Shown here piece after piece: positions 12,551 through 26,349 of a stretch of DNA of 64,000 nucleotides. The position numbers were made by a program, and so were the translations under genes. The DNA is from Mobula hypostoma (lineage: Eukaryota). Position 1 is the stretch's first letter. Each line of letters begins with the position of its first letter. The DNA is taken from NCBI RefSeq assembly GCF_963921235.1, contig NC_086097.1:214584001-214648000 (forward strand), in the 5' to 3' direction. The notes under the pieces were generated by a model that was not told the DNA's origin, made no database searches, and was given only the letters and a program-made list of their open reading frames with translations.

Positions 12551-13768
12551 CAGGGGTCCCCAACCTTTTTTGCACTGCGGACCAGTTTAATATTGACAAT
12601 ATTCTTGCGGACCAGCCGACCGGGGGTGGGGGTAGGGTTGTCAACGGACAAGAGTAGCAGTCAAATGCATTGTTTACATTAGAGACTACAATGACCATGA
12701 AACCTTGCGCGGGCACCAATGCGCGTCGTGACCTGCCGATTCCTCCTCCACCCCCCCCCCAGCAAATCCTTTTTGGCGATTCTGTTTGTGGGGGTGGGTG
12801 TTAATCACTACCAGAATATAGGTGGTAAGTGGGTAATACAGTCAATTTTGTTTCTAAAAGGGTTTATCGAATGAATTTAATATTAAACACAGCGCATATA
12901 TTTCTTGCATTAATATAATGATAAGTCAATTATCAGGGGAGCTTGAAGTAAGTGTTGAACGAACTTCCAGTAGAAGTGGTAGAGGCAGTTTCGATATGAT
13001 CATTTAAAGAAAAATTGGATAGGTATATGGACAGGAAAGGAATGGAGGGTTATGGGCTGAGTGCAGGTCAGCGGGACTAGGTGAGAGTAGCGTTCGGCAC
13101 GGACTAGAAGGGCCGAAATAGCCTGTTTCTGTGCTATAATTGTTATATGGTTATATAGGTCACTTATAAGTCAATAACGTCATAATATTTTAAGTAACAT
13201 TTGGATATTAAACGCACAGCACATATTTTCCCCGTATGAATATATAAAATCATTGCAACACACCAATATTGCTGAATCAGTGGGAGCCCTGGGCTTGATT
13301 TCCTGCAACAAGACGGTCCCATCGAGGGGTGATGGGAGACAGCGATACTCGAAGGGGGTTCCTGATGTCCAGTCTATTCCACAGTTTAGTTTTCGTTGCA
13401 TTCAATGCAGAAAACTCCGCTTCGCAGAAAAATGTTGAAAATGGAAGCAACGTTTTCAGTGCTTTCGTGGCTATCTCAGGATATTTAGCCTTGACTTTGA
13501 TCCAAAATACCGACAGAGATGTTATGTCAAACATACTTTTCAGTCCGTCGTCATTTGCAAGCTCGAGGAGTTGATCATCTTCCCGCACTGACATGGATGA
13601 CGTGCGGTTCATGACGTTGCATGCGTAATGGCTGATCAGTGGCCATGACAGGGAATGAGGAAAGGTGCAGCTGACTCACATCGCCAAATCATATCACTTC
13701 CTCGCGGCCTGGTAGCACATGCTCTGCGGCTCGGTACCAGTCCGCAGCCCGGTGGTTGGGGACCGCTG
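12551..13768 (-). mobile_element. Non-autonomous hAT DNA transposon of the Charlie/Buster type (MER1/Charlie3-like) retaining the transposase C-terminus
   Basis: 15-bp TIRs CAGGGGTCCCCAACC / GGTTGGGGACCGCTG (1 mismatch). Perfect 8-bp TSD CCCTATTG at 12543-12550 and 13769-13776. ORF 13277-13612 has the hAT dimerisation domain FW...YPEIA..AL..LLPF....CE..FS....KTK...RLD. Confidence 0.93.
12931..13165 (+). mobile_element. Short CR1 3'-end insertion nested inside the hAT element
   Basis: CR1-type terminus (...ttggataggtatatggacagg...gggccgaaatagcctgtttctgtgct...). Flanking 10-bp direct repeat ATAAGTCAAT at 12921-12930 and 13166-13175. Confidence 0.7.
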
Positions 13769-16700
13769 CCCTATTGTATTCAGCTCTACCACTGTTGCTG
13801 GCAGTGCTTTCCACACACTCACCACTCTCTGTGGTTTTAAAAAAAAACAACAAACAAACTTGCCTCTGACATCCACCTTGTAACTACTTCCAAGCACTGT
13901 AAAACTATTCCCCCTTGTGTTAGCGATTTCAGCTCTTGGGGGGGGGGGGGGAGGGGAGCCTCTGGCTATCCATACGATCAATGCCTCTCATCATCTTGTA
14001 CACCTCTATCAAGTCACCTCTCATTCTTCATTGCTCCAAGGAGAAAAGGCCAAGTTCACTCAACGTATTCTCTTAAGCATGCTCTCCATTCGAGGCAACA
14101 TCCGTGTAAATCTTCTCTGCTTTCTCTCTCGCTCTCTCTCTATAGTATCCACATCCTTCCTGTAGTGAGGTGACCAGAACTGAACACAGTACTGTAGGTG
14201 GGGGCTAACTAAGGTCCTATGTAGTTTTAATGTTACCTCACGGCTCTTGAGCTCGGTCCCATGGTTGATGAAGGCCATCACACCACACACCTTCTTAACA
14301 CTCTCAACCCACCCAGCATCTTTGAGAGTCCTATGAACACAGACCCCAAGATCTCTCTGATCCTCCACACTGCCAAGAGTACTACCATAAATATTAAATT
14401 GTCTTCAAATTTGACTTGCTGATATGAACCACTTCACACTTATCTGGTTTGAACTCCATCTGCTACTTCTCAGCCTAGTTCTGCATCCTATCGATGCCCC
14501 GCTATAACCTCAGACAACCCTGCACTCTATCCACAACACCCTCAACTTTTGTGTCATCAGCAAACTTACTAACTCACACTTCTACTTCCCCATCCAGGTC
14601 ATTTATAAAAATCACAAAGAGGAGGGGTCCCAGACCAGATCCTTGTGGAACACCACTGGTTATGGGTGTAACAACTCATCATATAGATACCTATTACCTC
14701 TAAATGGCCCATTAATATTTTCTTTTATATAGCAGAGTAATGTGCAGCAAAATAATCAGTGAACTGATCGGGAAAATCTCTGCACTGGCAATTGAATGAT
14801 AATTTTGTTCATGTATTGAAAAAAGAATAATGATAAAGTTTGGATAGTTATAGCAAGGTATAAAACTAATTTTATATTAAATCAGAAGAGAGATGGTTGT
14901 TAATATATTCCCTGAATATACTGGAGCATAATAACCCTTATTCATTGCGAAGTAATACTTTGTTATAAGCTCATTTGTGGGCAATCAGGATGCCAAGCAT
15001 ATGACACAACCATGACTTTACTAGTGTGTTACCGTGCCTCCAATGGCAAAGGGTCCTGAGGGAAAAGGATGTCTGCCTAGTGCCTTTTCAGAATTTTGAT
15101 GTGACACTATAAAATTTCTCAGATTTGCTGGCTGAAAACTTACCATATTATTTGTTCTAAAGAGGGTTTTGGATGATCCTGTCACAAACAAGAGAAGATC
15201 TGCAGATTGATGATCCTGCCCTTACAAACCAGAGATGCTGTAATCCCAGCATGCAAGAGCAAGAGAATAGAGTAGCTGGATCCTTCCCCTGCCTTTGTTG
15301 ACACTGAATTCAAGTGTGTTCACCGCAACCTCATTGTCTGTCCTGAGATTAATTAACTCAAATACACCACAATGTATAAAAAAAAATTGCTTACTCATTT
15401 TCAGTCACTGTTCTCACATACAAAATGTAAACTTTCCCCAGTGTATTTTAGTTACTGGCTTGGTGTATATCTAGAACAAATTTCAATGTTGATACACATA
15501 AACATTTTGGCATGACCAGAAAAAGACACGTTTAGTGAAAGTACTGAGAAGCAGCACCTATTCAAAGTATAAAGGGCCTTTCTTTCTATTTTAGATTGAA
15601 AGAACTTGTGGATAATTTTAAAGCTGCAGTTACATTAGCTAAAGACAGCGCATTGAGATAGAATAAATTGCAGGGTAACAGGGAAATGAGGGGAATTGGG
15701 ACCATTGAGATTATGCTGCATGAGGCTGGCATGGACTTGATGGGCCAAAATGCCACTTTCTGTATCATTATAAATAAGTAAGATTATTTAAATACTTTAT
15801 ATGCTTTTCTCTCTGTACTGTCTTTATCCCAGTTTCAGGCCAATGCAAATCCTGATGCTTTGCATTTCCGAATACTGCTTTAATGCTCAAAGATGTGCTA
15901 AATGATTCATCTTTTCTCCCAAACATCCTACATCTTCCAGAGGTTATGTCCAAGAGTCAAAACAGACTGTTCCATGAATGAATTATTAACACCCAGTACC
16001 AAAAATATTATGTGGTTATTAATTATGCCATAATACTTTCAGTACCACATGCTAATAAAATCTTCTTGGCACAGAAAAAAATGAAGCATAATAAAAATAG
16101 CAATTTAGTTTGCCTGGTGTGCAATAAAAGCAGCTTTTATGCAAGTATATTAATAATAATTATTATAAGATCATTATGATCATCTGTACTTCATTTGGCA
16201 TTGAGAAACAGTTCCAAATAACACTGGCTGAAAAATCTTATTCCAAAAGTAAAGACACAAATGTTTTGTGAAATGAAGACTGAAGATGGTAGAAATACTC
16301 AGCAGGTTAGTATCTCTGGATAGGAATAAAGTTAATATTTCAGATCAATGACTTTCCCATGGACATGCTGAGTATCTACAGTATTTCCTGATTTTATTTC
16401 AGATTGATGACATCTGCAGTTTCATTGATTTTCAATGATCAATTTTAATGTTCTTTGGAGCATTATGATTTGGGCGAATGTACAAGAGAAATGGAATCAG
16501 GAAGTCATGACTGAGATTATTTATATCGGGGTATGCGTTCTGCATGGTTTACTATCCAAAATTGTTGTCATACATTTACACCAAAGTAGAGTTTCATGTT
16601 GCAGTCTGGTAAATAGAATTCCCGTGGTTGAAGAGATGTGTTGCTTCATATGACTTTTACAGAAAGAAGCAGAATATTTTCTTTCTTCTGGTTTGTGATG

Positions 16701-17019
16701 TCTTGCTTCCAGCACATGTAATGATATTAAATGCATTGGCATTGTAAAACCAATGTATAAACATGAGATTCTGCAGATGCAGGACTTAACTCTCAGCCCA
16801 AAACACTGACTGCTTATCCCCTTCCATAGATGCTGCCTGACTTGCTGAGTTCCTTCAACACTGTGTGTGTGTGTGTGTGTGTGATTTTGATCAGAAAGGT
16901 TCAACAGTTGATGATTGATTTTGGATGGGATGACATACATTTCAGCAACCTGTGCCCACTGTCAAGGCTTTCCTGGCACTGAATAATTGGCATGATCCAT
17001 AGCAATATGAAGTGTCAAT

Positions 17020-17200
17020 ACAGGAAGACATCTGCAGCACACTCTAAACGCTGGAGGAACTCAAGCACTGAAGAAGGGTCCTGGCCCGAAACATTGACTG
17101 TTTACACTTTTCCATAGATTCTGCCTGACCTGTTGAGTTCCTTAAGCATCTTGTGTGTGTTGCTTTGGATTTCCAGCATCTGCAGATTTTCGTGTTTCTG
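17020..17200 (+). mobile_element. Degraded Penelope-like terminal repeat with a decayed hammerhead motif (CTGAAGAAGGGTCCTGGCCCGAAACATTGACTG, 17068-17100)
   Basis: Same gatgctgcctgacctgctgagttcc...ccagcatctgcag terminus as the other Penelope-like copies. Confidence 0.7.
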
Positions 17201-18164
17201 CAGATTATCAGTTGTTTAATGGTTGGGTTACTGGACAGACTGAATAATAAAATCCAGAGAAGGTGAACTCAAGTCCTATCCTGACAGTGAGCACAGTTTC
17301 ATAGAGTCCTGAGAAATAAATCTGATGCCATTTTCTAATATCAAAATTCAAAAAAACTGAACCAGCTCACCCACACCCTTTAATGAAGGAAATCCGTTGT
17401 TCTTACTTGGACTGCCTAATGTGACTTCAGGGTATTAAACTTGGATAATTCGTCAATTACCCATGAAGAGGCTTAGCAGCTCCTCAGATGCATCATATGA
17501 ATAACTAGAATGGTCCGTAATGAATTGTAGACTATTTTATAAAGATCTATTCTAGTAGTTTCTGCAGCTCAACAGTAAAAGAAAATCAACAGTAAAAGAA
17601 AATTAATCTTGACAGCTTTTCACCCAGGAACTATTGCAAGAGAAGGTTTCAGTATCACACTGTACCTTACCAAAACTATCTTATGTATCTATATGAGTCA
17701 CTGAATATATTTTAATAATTTCACTGCTTCAAATAAGGCAGCCAGGGAGATGAAGCATTACCTCTCCTTCCTCTTCAAATCCGGATAATGTGTGCCTGAT
17801 TGGAGTAGGCTGCTTGCTGCATTAGTATAATGGTTGATTATCTTGTAGGAGTACATAGCTGCACAGTTTGAGGAATAAATAAAATAAAACCAGACATCTG
17901 AATGTAGTTTTGTTTCTTGTCTCTCCCTCTCCGTCAAGTATAATGTTACGCTTTGCCAATCCAAGCTTTTGTATAAATGGACATTTTCTCTTCCTTGAGA
18001 TGCCTGCTAAAATAGTTTTTTTCATATGATCTTCGTTAGAACACTTTTTTGGTGAATTTCTGGGAATAAACACTTCTCTTTCCCAGAAGACAATGTCTTC
18101 TGAGTTCGTTCTTCATATTTGGAAAAACTATACCATAGAAACTAAGTAACAAAGTAATGTTATG

Positions 18165-18375
18165 CAACAAACACAAAATGAAAATTCTGGATGAACTCAG
18201 CAGCTCAGGCAACATCTATGGAGTGGAATAAATATACAATATTGCATTAGGAAGCCTGACAAAGGGTCTCAGTCTGAAACATTGTCGGTTTATTCCCTTC
18301 TGTAGATGCTACCTCACTTGCTGAGTTCTTCCAGTATTGTGTCTGTTGCTTTAGATTTCCAGCATCTGTAAATGC
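18165..18375 (+). mobile_element. Older palindromic Penelope-like terminal repeat with a decayed hammerhead
   Basis: Inverted arms (ctggatgaactcagcagctcaggcaacatcta / tagatgctacctcacttgctgagttcttccag) around cctgacaaagggtctcagtctgaaac. Confidence 0.65.
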
Positions 18376-21351
18376 TCTATGCTGATTACTCTGTTTATGA
18401 GAGTAATATTATGACAGTTATCTTTCTTGTGGATCTCTTCTGAATATTCAATTTCACCAAAATGTTTTACTGAAATTGAGAGTACTTCTGTGTAAATTAT
18501 TGAGAAATGAAGATGGTCTATAATATTCAGTTTGTACAAATCAAACTATACTTTGAGAATGCACTAATCTGGAAAAAACTGGGCTGCAAAGGTTAGTGAT
18601 ACTTTGTACATTTAAACACATTTGTACCTATGTCCAGTCGGTGAGGAAGAAAGGTGAAACTATTTTTTAAATATCATATATAATGCAAGTTTATTGTTCC
18701 TCCAGAAGTATGTAATGGTATTTTCTGGCAACATGTAAGGATAATGTTTTACAACATTCCTTAATTAACAGTGTAGGAGCTACGTATCTGTTTGCGTAGT
18801 ATATTTTATGCTGAGCCTTTGTTTATTTTGAGTAGTCATATGGGTTGAGGTGTGGTAGAAGTGAAGAATTTGGTTATGTATTCATGCTTTGTCTTTGAGT
18901 TAGTCTAGTTTGGATAAAGCTAGTGAGTGGGCTGGGGGTGACAACTATGAGTACTTAAATACTCAAATACATTTAAGAACGCTTGGCTTAAGTACATGTA
19001 ATACACTAAGACTGTATTTCATTATATTGCTGGTTTTAGTATTTAACGTTTCAAGATTGTTTGTTTTGCTTTCTTCACAAAGGATCAACCGTATTCTTCG
19101 ACTTTGAAAGTTCGTTATTAGATGGATAGAGTGTCATACAGTATCAACCTCTGTGCTTGGCTTTAAGCAGGTTTGGTTTGTTTCAAGTAACTGCTGCAAA
19201 CAGTGAAATACAACTGTTGAACAAGTATACCATAAAACCGAACAACCCACCAGCTTTTATCCTACTGCTTTTCACAGGGACTGATTTAGATCTTTTGTAC
19301 TGATAGAAAATGGATAATAGTGAACTGACAGCTTGTTTAACACTATTGTACAATGATAAGACCTACTTTCCAACCTCAATTCAACCTAATATTTTGAAAG
19401 CTTCTCTTTTGGCAAGCTCATTTTAATAAATTTATACCTTTACCCAGCTAGAAGCCCGAGAACAGTTTATTCATCATATATGCCACAGAAGCACTAGGTC
19501 CTTTTTCATTTTAATACGTCCTCCTTCAGATCATTGCATCTGATGTTTTTGTGAAATATTTTAATGCAAAGCATTATAATCAATGTTTATTCTTTTAAGG
19601 CATGTTAATTAATTAGTTCAATGCTTAATTGGGGTTGTATGAGGAGAGGAAATTAGCCATGACAAACTAGCAGCTGTGGTGTCAAGGTTAATAATGGACT
19701 CTTGTGCTTTGCTTAGTATGATGAAGAAATAGCCTTTCAGTGGTGGCAGGTTATTGAAGTAGCCGTTTGAGCATGTTGATTGGAACTAGAAACAAACATG
19801 AAATCCAAATTAAATCAATTATTGGGCCAGAATATGCTGGCAAAATGAGGACACATGGCATAAATGATATAACAATTTATGCAGAGGAAAAGATGCCATG
19901 GGGTCTGCAAATTAGCAATAATTGGCAGATGATTTGCATCATAACGGAGTCAGCTTCATGGAAATGACAGTTTGCATTCAGTCTCTGTGAATTTTATGCA
20001 TTTAATGTTACCCAGAGGGATGATGGCAAGATCCTGAGGTTTCACTGCAGAGATGGTCTCCAGCTTGAGGTGCAATGATGGCTGAGAAACCATCCATTAG
20101 ACATGGCATGAGGGTTGGATCCACAGGTGTTGTAAAAGAATTGGCCACTTTATGGGCTCTAGTAAAGAACAGTTATGTGCAAGCCAATGTTGGAAGACTC
20201 CATAAAACTGAATGCTGTGTTTATGCTTCCAGACAGGCCTGTCAGTCCATTGGCTATTTCATCATGCGCATATATATCAGGCTTTTTCTGTCAGCTGTCC
20301 TTATCTGTGTCTTCTGTGACTGAACAGATGGGTTCCATCTCTTGAATGTACTGATATCAGAGTTACTTTGCACCTTGCCCCTCACTGTTGACAACAATAC
20401 TGCTGAAGTAGCCTTGACACTATCTGAACTGTCAGAATCTGACTGGCGTCTGTGAGTCTCTGGTTAGGTTGATGGTTGGTGATGAACGGAATGGATTGAA
20501 TGTGGGACACATTTTTGTAATACTACTACTCACTTCCTCTTGATAATGAGTTAATTACTACAGCATTAGCTGTATAATCAAAATCAATTCTTTCTGGTTA
20601 CGTTTGAGTCTACAGGATTTATATTCATTTTTGTTTTACTCTTCGTCTCTTCATTTTTCCTCATTATTTTTCTTATTATTTTTTCTTGGCTTTCCCAATT
20701 TCTTTTTTACATGCCTTCCCTGAACTTTCTTTATCCTCTCAGTATCTGACAGAAGTTTTTTTTTTCTCTTGTCTGCTAACATTCTTGACAGTTTTAGAAC
20801 TGTATTGCCACACTTTTCCCTTGTAGAAGCACATCTACCTTAAGCTCCCACTATCATGAGACCATAAGATATAGGAGCAGAATTAGGCCATTCTGCTCAT
20901 CGATGATAGCCCATCATATTGTCTATCACCCATTGCTCTGCCAATGATTTGTCTTCAAGAAGCTGGTTCCAGTTCACTTCTTAGTCACTGCTCAATTTTT
21001 TTTTTAAAAACATATCCTTTCCCATTTAGTATTTTAACTCCAGTACAAAGTAATCGTTTCCCATAACTATGCTCAATCTAATGAAATGGTTAAAACATCT
21101 AAATATGCAGATGCTGGAAATTTGAAATGAAAGCAGAAAACTGAAAAAGCCAGTAGGTCAGTTAGCATCTGTACAGGGAGAATTAGATTAATATTTCGGG
21201 CCGGTGAATTAGGAATGAATTCAAAGGTTTTAAAATATAGCCTCCTCCCTCTTCATTAGTCAGCATTTGAGTATACAGAGTGTGCTTTTACAAGAATACC
21301 TGTATTTCTGAAAGTGAAAATTTGCCATATTATGTGTTAACTGAGTGAGAG

Positions 21352-22010
21352 AAATACAAGAGATTCTGCAGATGCTAGAAATCCAGAGTAACACACACAA
21401 AATGTTTGAGGAACTCAGAAGGTCAGGCAGCATCAATGGAAAGGAATAAAGATGTTTCATCAGTACTGGCAAGGAAGGAGGAAAAGCCAGAATGAGAAGG
21501 TGGGGGAGGGGAAGGAGTACAAGCTAGAAGGTGACAGGTGAAGGCAGGCGAGGGAGAAGGTAAGTGGTTGGGGGAAGTGGGACGAAATGAGAAACTGGGC
21601 AGTGACATGTGGAAAAGGCAAAGGGCTGAAGAAGGAGGAATCCAATTGGAGATGGCAATGTACCACGGGAGAAAGGGAAGGAGGAAAGATACCAGAGGGA
21701 GGTGAGAGGCAGGTAAGGAGCAGGGAAGAAGGTAAAAGGGGAGCCAGATTGGGGAATGGAAGAAAAGAAAAAGGGAGAAATTACTGGAAGCTAGAGAAAT
21801 TAATATTCACGCTGTCAAGTTAGAGGCTACCCAGAGGGATCTTGAGTTGTTGCTCCTCCAGCCCGAGTGTTGCCTCCTCATGGCAGTAGAGGGGGCCATG
21901 GAATGACATGTCGAAATAAGAATGGGGTTTGGAATTAGTCGTTGGCCACTGGAGAATCCTGCTTGTTGCGGTGTTGCTAAGGTGCTCGAGATGCCTGAGT
22001 GAGATGGTCT
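21352..22010 (-). mobile_element. Penelope-like element 3' portion (GIY-YIG endonuclease C-terminus plus terminal repeat)
   Basis: The minus strand encodes ...EHL...HSYFDMSFHG..YCHEEATLGLEEQQL...LGSL, the typical PLE endonuclease tail. It is followed by a pyrimidine-rich UTR and the same terminal repeat as the hammerhead-bearing elements. Confidence 0.75.
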
Positions 22011-23421
22011 GTTGCATCAGTGGCGTTTTTCTTTTTCACGGTACAACAGCGATTTTGCAGGATGCCCACTTCATTTCTCTGGCCATTCTATAATGTGAAT
22101 AAAGTCAGATTAATAATTCAGTATCTTTTGCTAGTGGACTAGTTAAGTGCCACCAACTCAGTGCAAGAATCTACTTGTACAATACTTAGCACATAAAGTA
22201 TTCCAAAATAGTAAGAGATATTAAGTCTCCAAAACTCTATTAGAAAGCTTTGAATCTTAGATTTTGATAAAATGTTATATGTGTAATTATCAATTAGCAT
22301 TGCTTCATTGTGATACATAATCCAAACAGGATGGCTGAAAATATCAAGAAATGCATGCAATTCTAATGGGCTGCTGAAGTATTTTTAATCAAGTAATCAG
22401 AATATTAACAATATCAATCATTTCCAGACAAAGGTGTGAACAGCTGTTCAGTTGAGTGCTGAGGTATTTGATTGCAATTTACATTATTTTTAATCTTTGT
22501 TATATACATAATTTAGCTAATATAGGCATGGGTTAGCTGTAGCAAACTTGATTCAAATAATTTCTGTCAGGAAGGAACACCATGATGTCACTTTATTTAA
22601 AAAAAAACCTCTCCATTATTCTCAAGTCTCTCAATAGATCATTATCATTATATCTTCAGCCTTTTACCTCCTGTTGTTCAGTACGGGCAGCAGGCACAAT
22701 GGAGCCTGGGGAATTACAATCAAGCTATCCACCTGGCCCTGCTATAAGCTTTGCTACTTCTATTATGGCAAATCTTGAGGATGGAGCAGCTGCATTTCAA
22801 GGGTGAAGCTTGCATGGTTAACAGTCCATGGTCTCAGCTGGACCTGTTTGTGGAATCTTGATTTATCACTTCTTTTGCCTGATTGAAAGTAGATTTGGCA
22901 CTACAAACTTTTTTGATTGGTTGCAAAGTGATTTGCTCCAAACCATGTACATTAAAATCCTATATAAATGCAAGTTTGGTTTTCTTTTTCTCATCTGAGT
23001 GGCCTTTCTTATTCTCTATGAATTAATTCCATCTCCGTTTTCATAGATTGCACTGCGTGACACCTACAGCACTGGAAATCAGAGTGGAAGTACATACACT
23101 GGCATGGAATCTGCAAGCACTAGCATAGGAAGCTCTTGTTTAATGCAGTGAGGCTTTTCAGTACGCTAATTTTAAAGAGCTGGAGCACTACTGGGCTTAT
23201 TTTATTGCTTATAATTTGCAAAGCAGAACTCAACCCTTATTCTGGACAGAAGTGTTTTAGTGGAACTAAAAGCACCATTTCAGCGCTGTGTATACACATT
23301 AACCCATTGCTTGCTGTTCAAATGCACACAGTATAAATACAATACTATCATTGCAATTTTCTATATGTTTAAAAGTTGCTGGTGAATGCAGCAGGCCAGG
23401 CAGCATCTATAGGAAGAGGTG

Positions 23422-23459
23422 CAGTCGACGTTTCAGGCCGAGACCCTTCGTCAGGACTA
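23422..23459 (-). ncRNA. Minimal type I hammerhead ribozyme motif
   Basis: Reverse complement reads TAGTC CTGACGA A GGGT-CTCG-GCCT GAAA CGTC GACTG: intact core, stem I and stem II. Confidence 0.75.
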
Positions 23460-23533
23460 ACTGAAGGAAGAGTGAGTAAGGGATTTGAAAGTTGGAGGGG
23501 GAGATGAGATCCCTTACCCACTCTTCCTTCAGT

Positions 23534-23571
23534 TAGTCCTGACGAAGGGTCTCGGCCTGAAACGTCGACTG
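23534..23571 (+). ncRNA. Minimal type I hammerhead ribozyme motif; predicted cleavage after 23566
   Basis: TAGTC CTGACGA A GGGT-CTCG-GCCT GAAA CGTC/GACTG. Confidence 0.75.
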
Positions 23572-23739
23572 CACCTCTTCCTAGAGACGCTGCCTGGCCT
23601 GCTGCGTTCACCAGCAACTTTTATGTGTGTTGCTTGAATTTCCAGCATCTGCAGAATTCCTGTTGTTTTTTCTATACGTTTTGTTGTTTTTGACTCCTAA
23701 AACATTTGCACAAAAGTTAACAATGTATGTACTACCATT

Positions 23740-24180
23740 CACTTCTTGCTTGGTGTTAGAATGACGGTGGGTGTCCATAATAATAGATGCTGTTTTTTTT
23801 TTAAGCATTCCCTTTTGAGAATGCCCTCGATGTTGGGGATGCCAGTGCCCATGATGGAGCTGGCTGAGTTTACGACCCTTTCCAGCATTGATCCTGTGCA
23901 GTGGCCCCTCTGTACCAAATGGTTTTGCATCCAGTCAGAATGCTTTCCACAGTAAGCCTGTAGAAATTTCCTGGAGTCTTTGGTGACACACCAAATCTTC
24001 TCAAACTCCAAATGAAATATAGCCACTGGTGTGCATTACTTGTAATTGTATCAATCTGTTGAGTGTAGGGTAGATCTTCTGAGATGTTGGCACCCAGGAG
24101 GTTAAAACTGCTTACCTTTTGCACTGCTGACCTCTCACTGAGGACTGGTATGTGTTCCCTTGACTTCCTAACCTTTCTCC
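23740..24180 (-). mobile_element. Rex1/Babar-type LINE 3' coding fragment
   Basis: LYFIWSLRRFGVSPKT..NFYRLTVESILTGC.TIWY motif. Confidence 0.75.
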
Positions 24181-25092
24181 ACATGTTGGTTGGGGAGAGT
24201 TCCTACTGGTCCCCACAGGTTGCAGCTTGCCATTTTTCATAGTCTCACCCATTTGTAGGATTTGTGATGTTGGTGCCATCATGGGTGGGATTTATGGTCA
24301 GCATAATTAAGTGAAGCCCGAGAGATAAAACACTCATACGGGTGGGCAGTCATCTCTGCTCACTGCTTTCTACTCAAAATGACTTTACGTTCACATTTGA
24401 TTTTATACCAATTAGTTATAGCTTCTGCTATCTATTGTACTACCTATTACAGAAATGAACAACAAAATAATGTCAGCAAATAATGTTCCAGTATTTACTG
24501 TTTACCATGTGAAGAAAAGGTGCATTCATTTTATACCCTCCTTAAAGTGTATTCTGAGCTTGTCCTTTAAATAGTAGTACTTCTTATCTCAAATATTTTA
24601 CCTTTTTTTTCCCCCCCCTCTGTTCACCACCTGATGGGCACCGGTTGGTTGGATCCCTCTGTGTGTTTTCCATCCTGTGTCCTGAAAGGTCCAGATTGTG
24701 TGGACCACTTCTTTTACCCACTTCGCCAGCCTGGAATTGTATTTCATAAATAGTTAATTTTTTATTATATTAAATTTAAAGTTCCAAATCTAGATGCTTC
24801 AAGATAGAATGATTTGGATTGTACCCTTTAATTTCATGTGCATCGTTCACTCATTTTTGTTGAAATTGGCTGTGATATTGCGGTGTGGATCCAAGTGACA
24901 ATGCTCATTGTTTATTTCAGAGAAACCCATCCACAAAACTTCAGAAATATGTCAATTGGATATCCTTTTAACTGACATCAGTTGGTGTCAGGTACATTTT
25001 ATAGAGGATATGCTCACAGAGTAACAATTCACATTAAAGAATTTTGGAAAACAGCAATCCCTAAATTAGAAAAGCTCGAGCTTTTAAGGATA

Positions 25093-25875
25093 ATAAAACC
25101 GTAAGACCTAGGAGCAGAATTAGACCATTTGCCCATCGAGTCTGCTGTGCCATTTCATCATTCTTGATTCATTTTTCCACTCAGCCCCAATCTCCTGTCT
25201 TCCCCCGCCCCATATCCTTTCATACTCTGACTAATCAACAATCTACCAACCTCTGCCTTAAATACACCCATGACTTGGCCTCCTCAGCTGCCTGTGGCAA
25301 TGAATTCCACAAATTTACCACTCTGGCTAAAGAATTTCTTCCTCATTTCCATTCTAAATGGATGTGTCTCTATTCTGAGGCTGTGTCCTCTGGTGTTAGA
25401 CTCCCCACCATAGGAAACAGCCACTCCACCTCCACTCTTTTCAACCTTGGATAGGTTTCAATGAGCTCACTCCTCATTAGAACATAGAACATAGTAATCT
25501 ACAGCACATTACAGGCCCTTCAGCCCACAATATTGTGCTGACTATGTAACCTACTCTAGAAACTGCCTATAATTTCCCTAGTGCATAGCGCTCTATTTTT
25601 CTAAGCTCCATGTACCTATCTAAGAGGCTCTAAAAGACCCTATTGTATCTGCTTCCACCACCGCTGCTGGCAGTGCATTCCACGCACCCACCACTCTCTG
25701 TGTGGAAAAACTTACCTCTGACATCCCCTAAGTACCCAAGCACCTTAAAACCATGCCCCCTTGTGTTAGCCATTTCATCCCTGGGAGAAAGCCTCTGGCA
25801 ATGCACATGATCAATGCCCATCATCATCTTGTACACCTCTATCAGGTCACCTCTCATCCTCCGTCACTCCAAGGA
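25093..25875 (-). mobile_element. Two adjacent CR1 3'-end fragments
   Basis: MRGDLIEVYKMM...TRGH.FKV and CR1 tails (ccgtaagacctag, agaacatagaacatag). Confidence 0.75.
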
Positions 25876-26349
25876 GATGTTCATTGAAATGTTTTAACAC
25901 GTATTAGTTAAACTTTAAAAAGCTATATATTTTTGGCATACTCGTTAAAAATTGGAATTAAATATTCTCTAAGAATGATAAAACCACACCAGAAATCTAG
26001 TTGTCTTGGACTAGAGAATGCACTGAAGAGTATTTATACTTACTATGTCAGTTAGAGCTCAAATACATGTCAACGAACAAAGGATTGCTGCTTGAAAATC
26101 CACCCTCAGCATTGCTAATGCACGTTGAAGATAATGGAATGAAATTCAGAGATCAAATGCAACTCATTGATGCCATTAGAGAGCACATTTATTACTGCTT
26201 ACCAAGCATTGATTTGCAGATTGAAGTGGTGCTGGGTAAGCACAGCGATGATTTATGGGTAGCAAACAAAATTTAAAAAAAAAATTACTGTATTAGTCAC
26301 ACCATTTCTCAGATACGATCACTACAATTAATAGCCTGTTGCTGTGTGT

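Larger units (their letters stand above)
12399..14660 (-). mobile_element. CR1 LINE 3' portion, split by a hAT insertion
   Basis: RT C-terminal motifs (SKFADDTK, QRDLGV, HLQYCVQFWSPH) and a CR1-type 3' end near 12400. Confidence 0.85.
23371..23667. mobile_element. Palindromic non-autonomous Penelope-derived element with two opposed hammerhead motifs
   Basis: About 115-bp inverted arms (23370-23484 / 23509-23623) with a 24-bp spacer. 14-bp TSD TTTTCTATA(T/C)GTTT at 23357-23370 and 23668-23681. Confidence 0.85.

Noticed and set aside
17758..18073. Two overlapping minus-strand ORFs as a hidden gene
   Set aside because: No recognisable domain and no convincing splice or start context.
18851..19252. 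Possible solo LTR (TG...CA)
   Set aside because: No TSD, no clean terminal inverted repeat and no second copy in the window.
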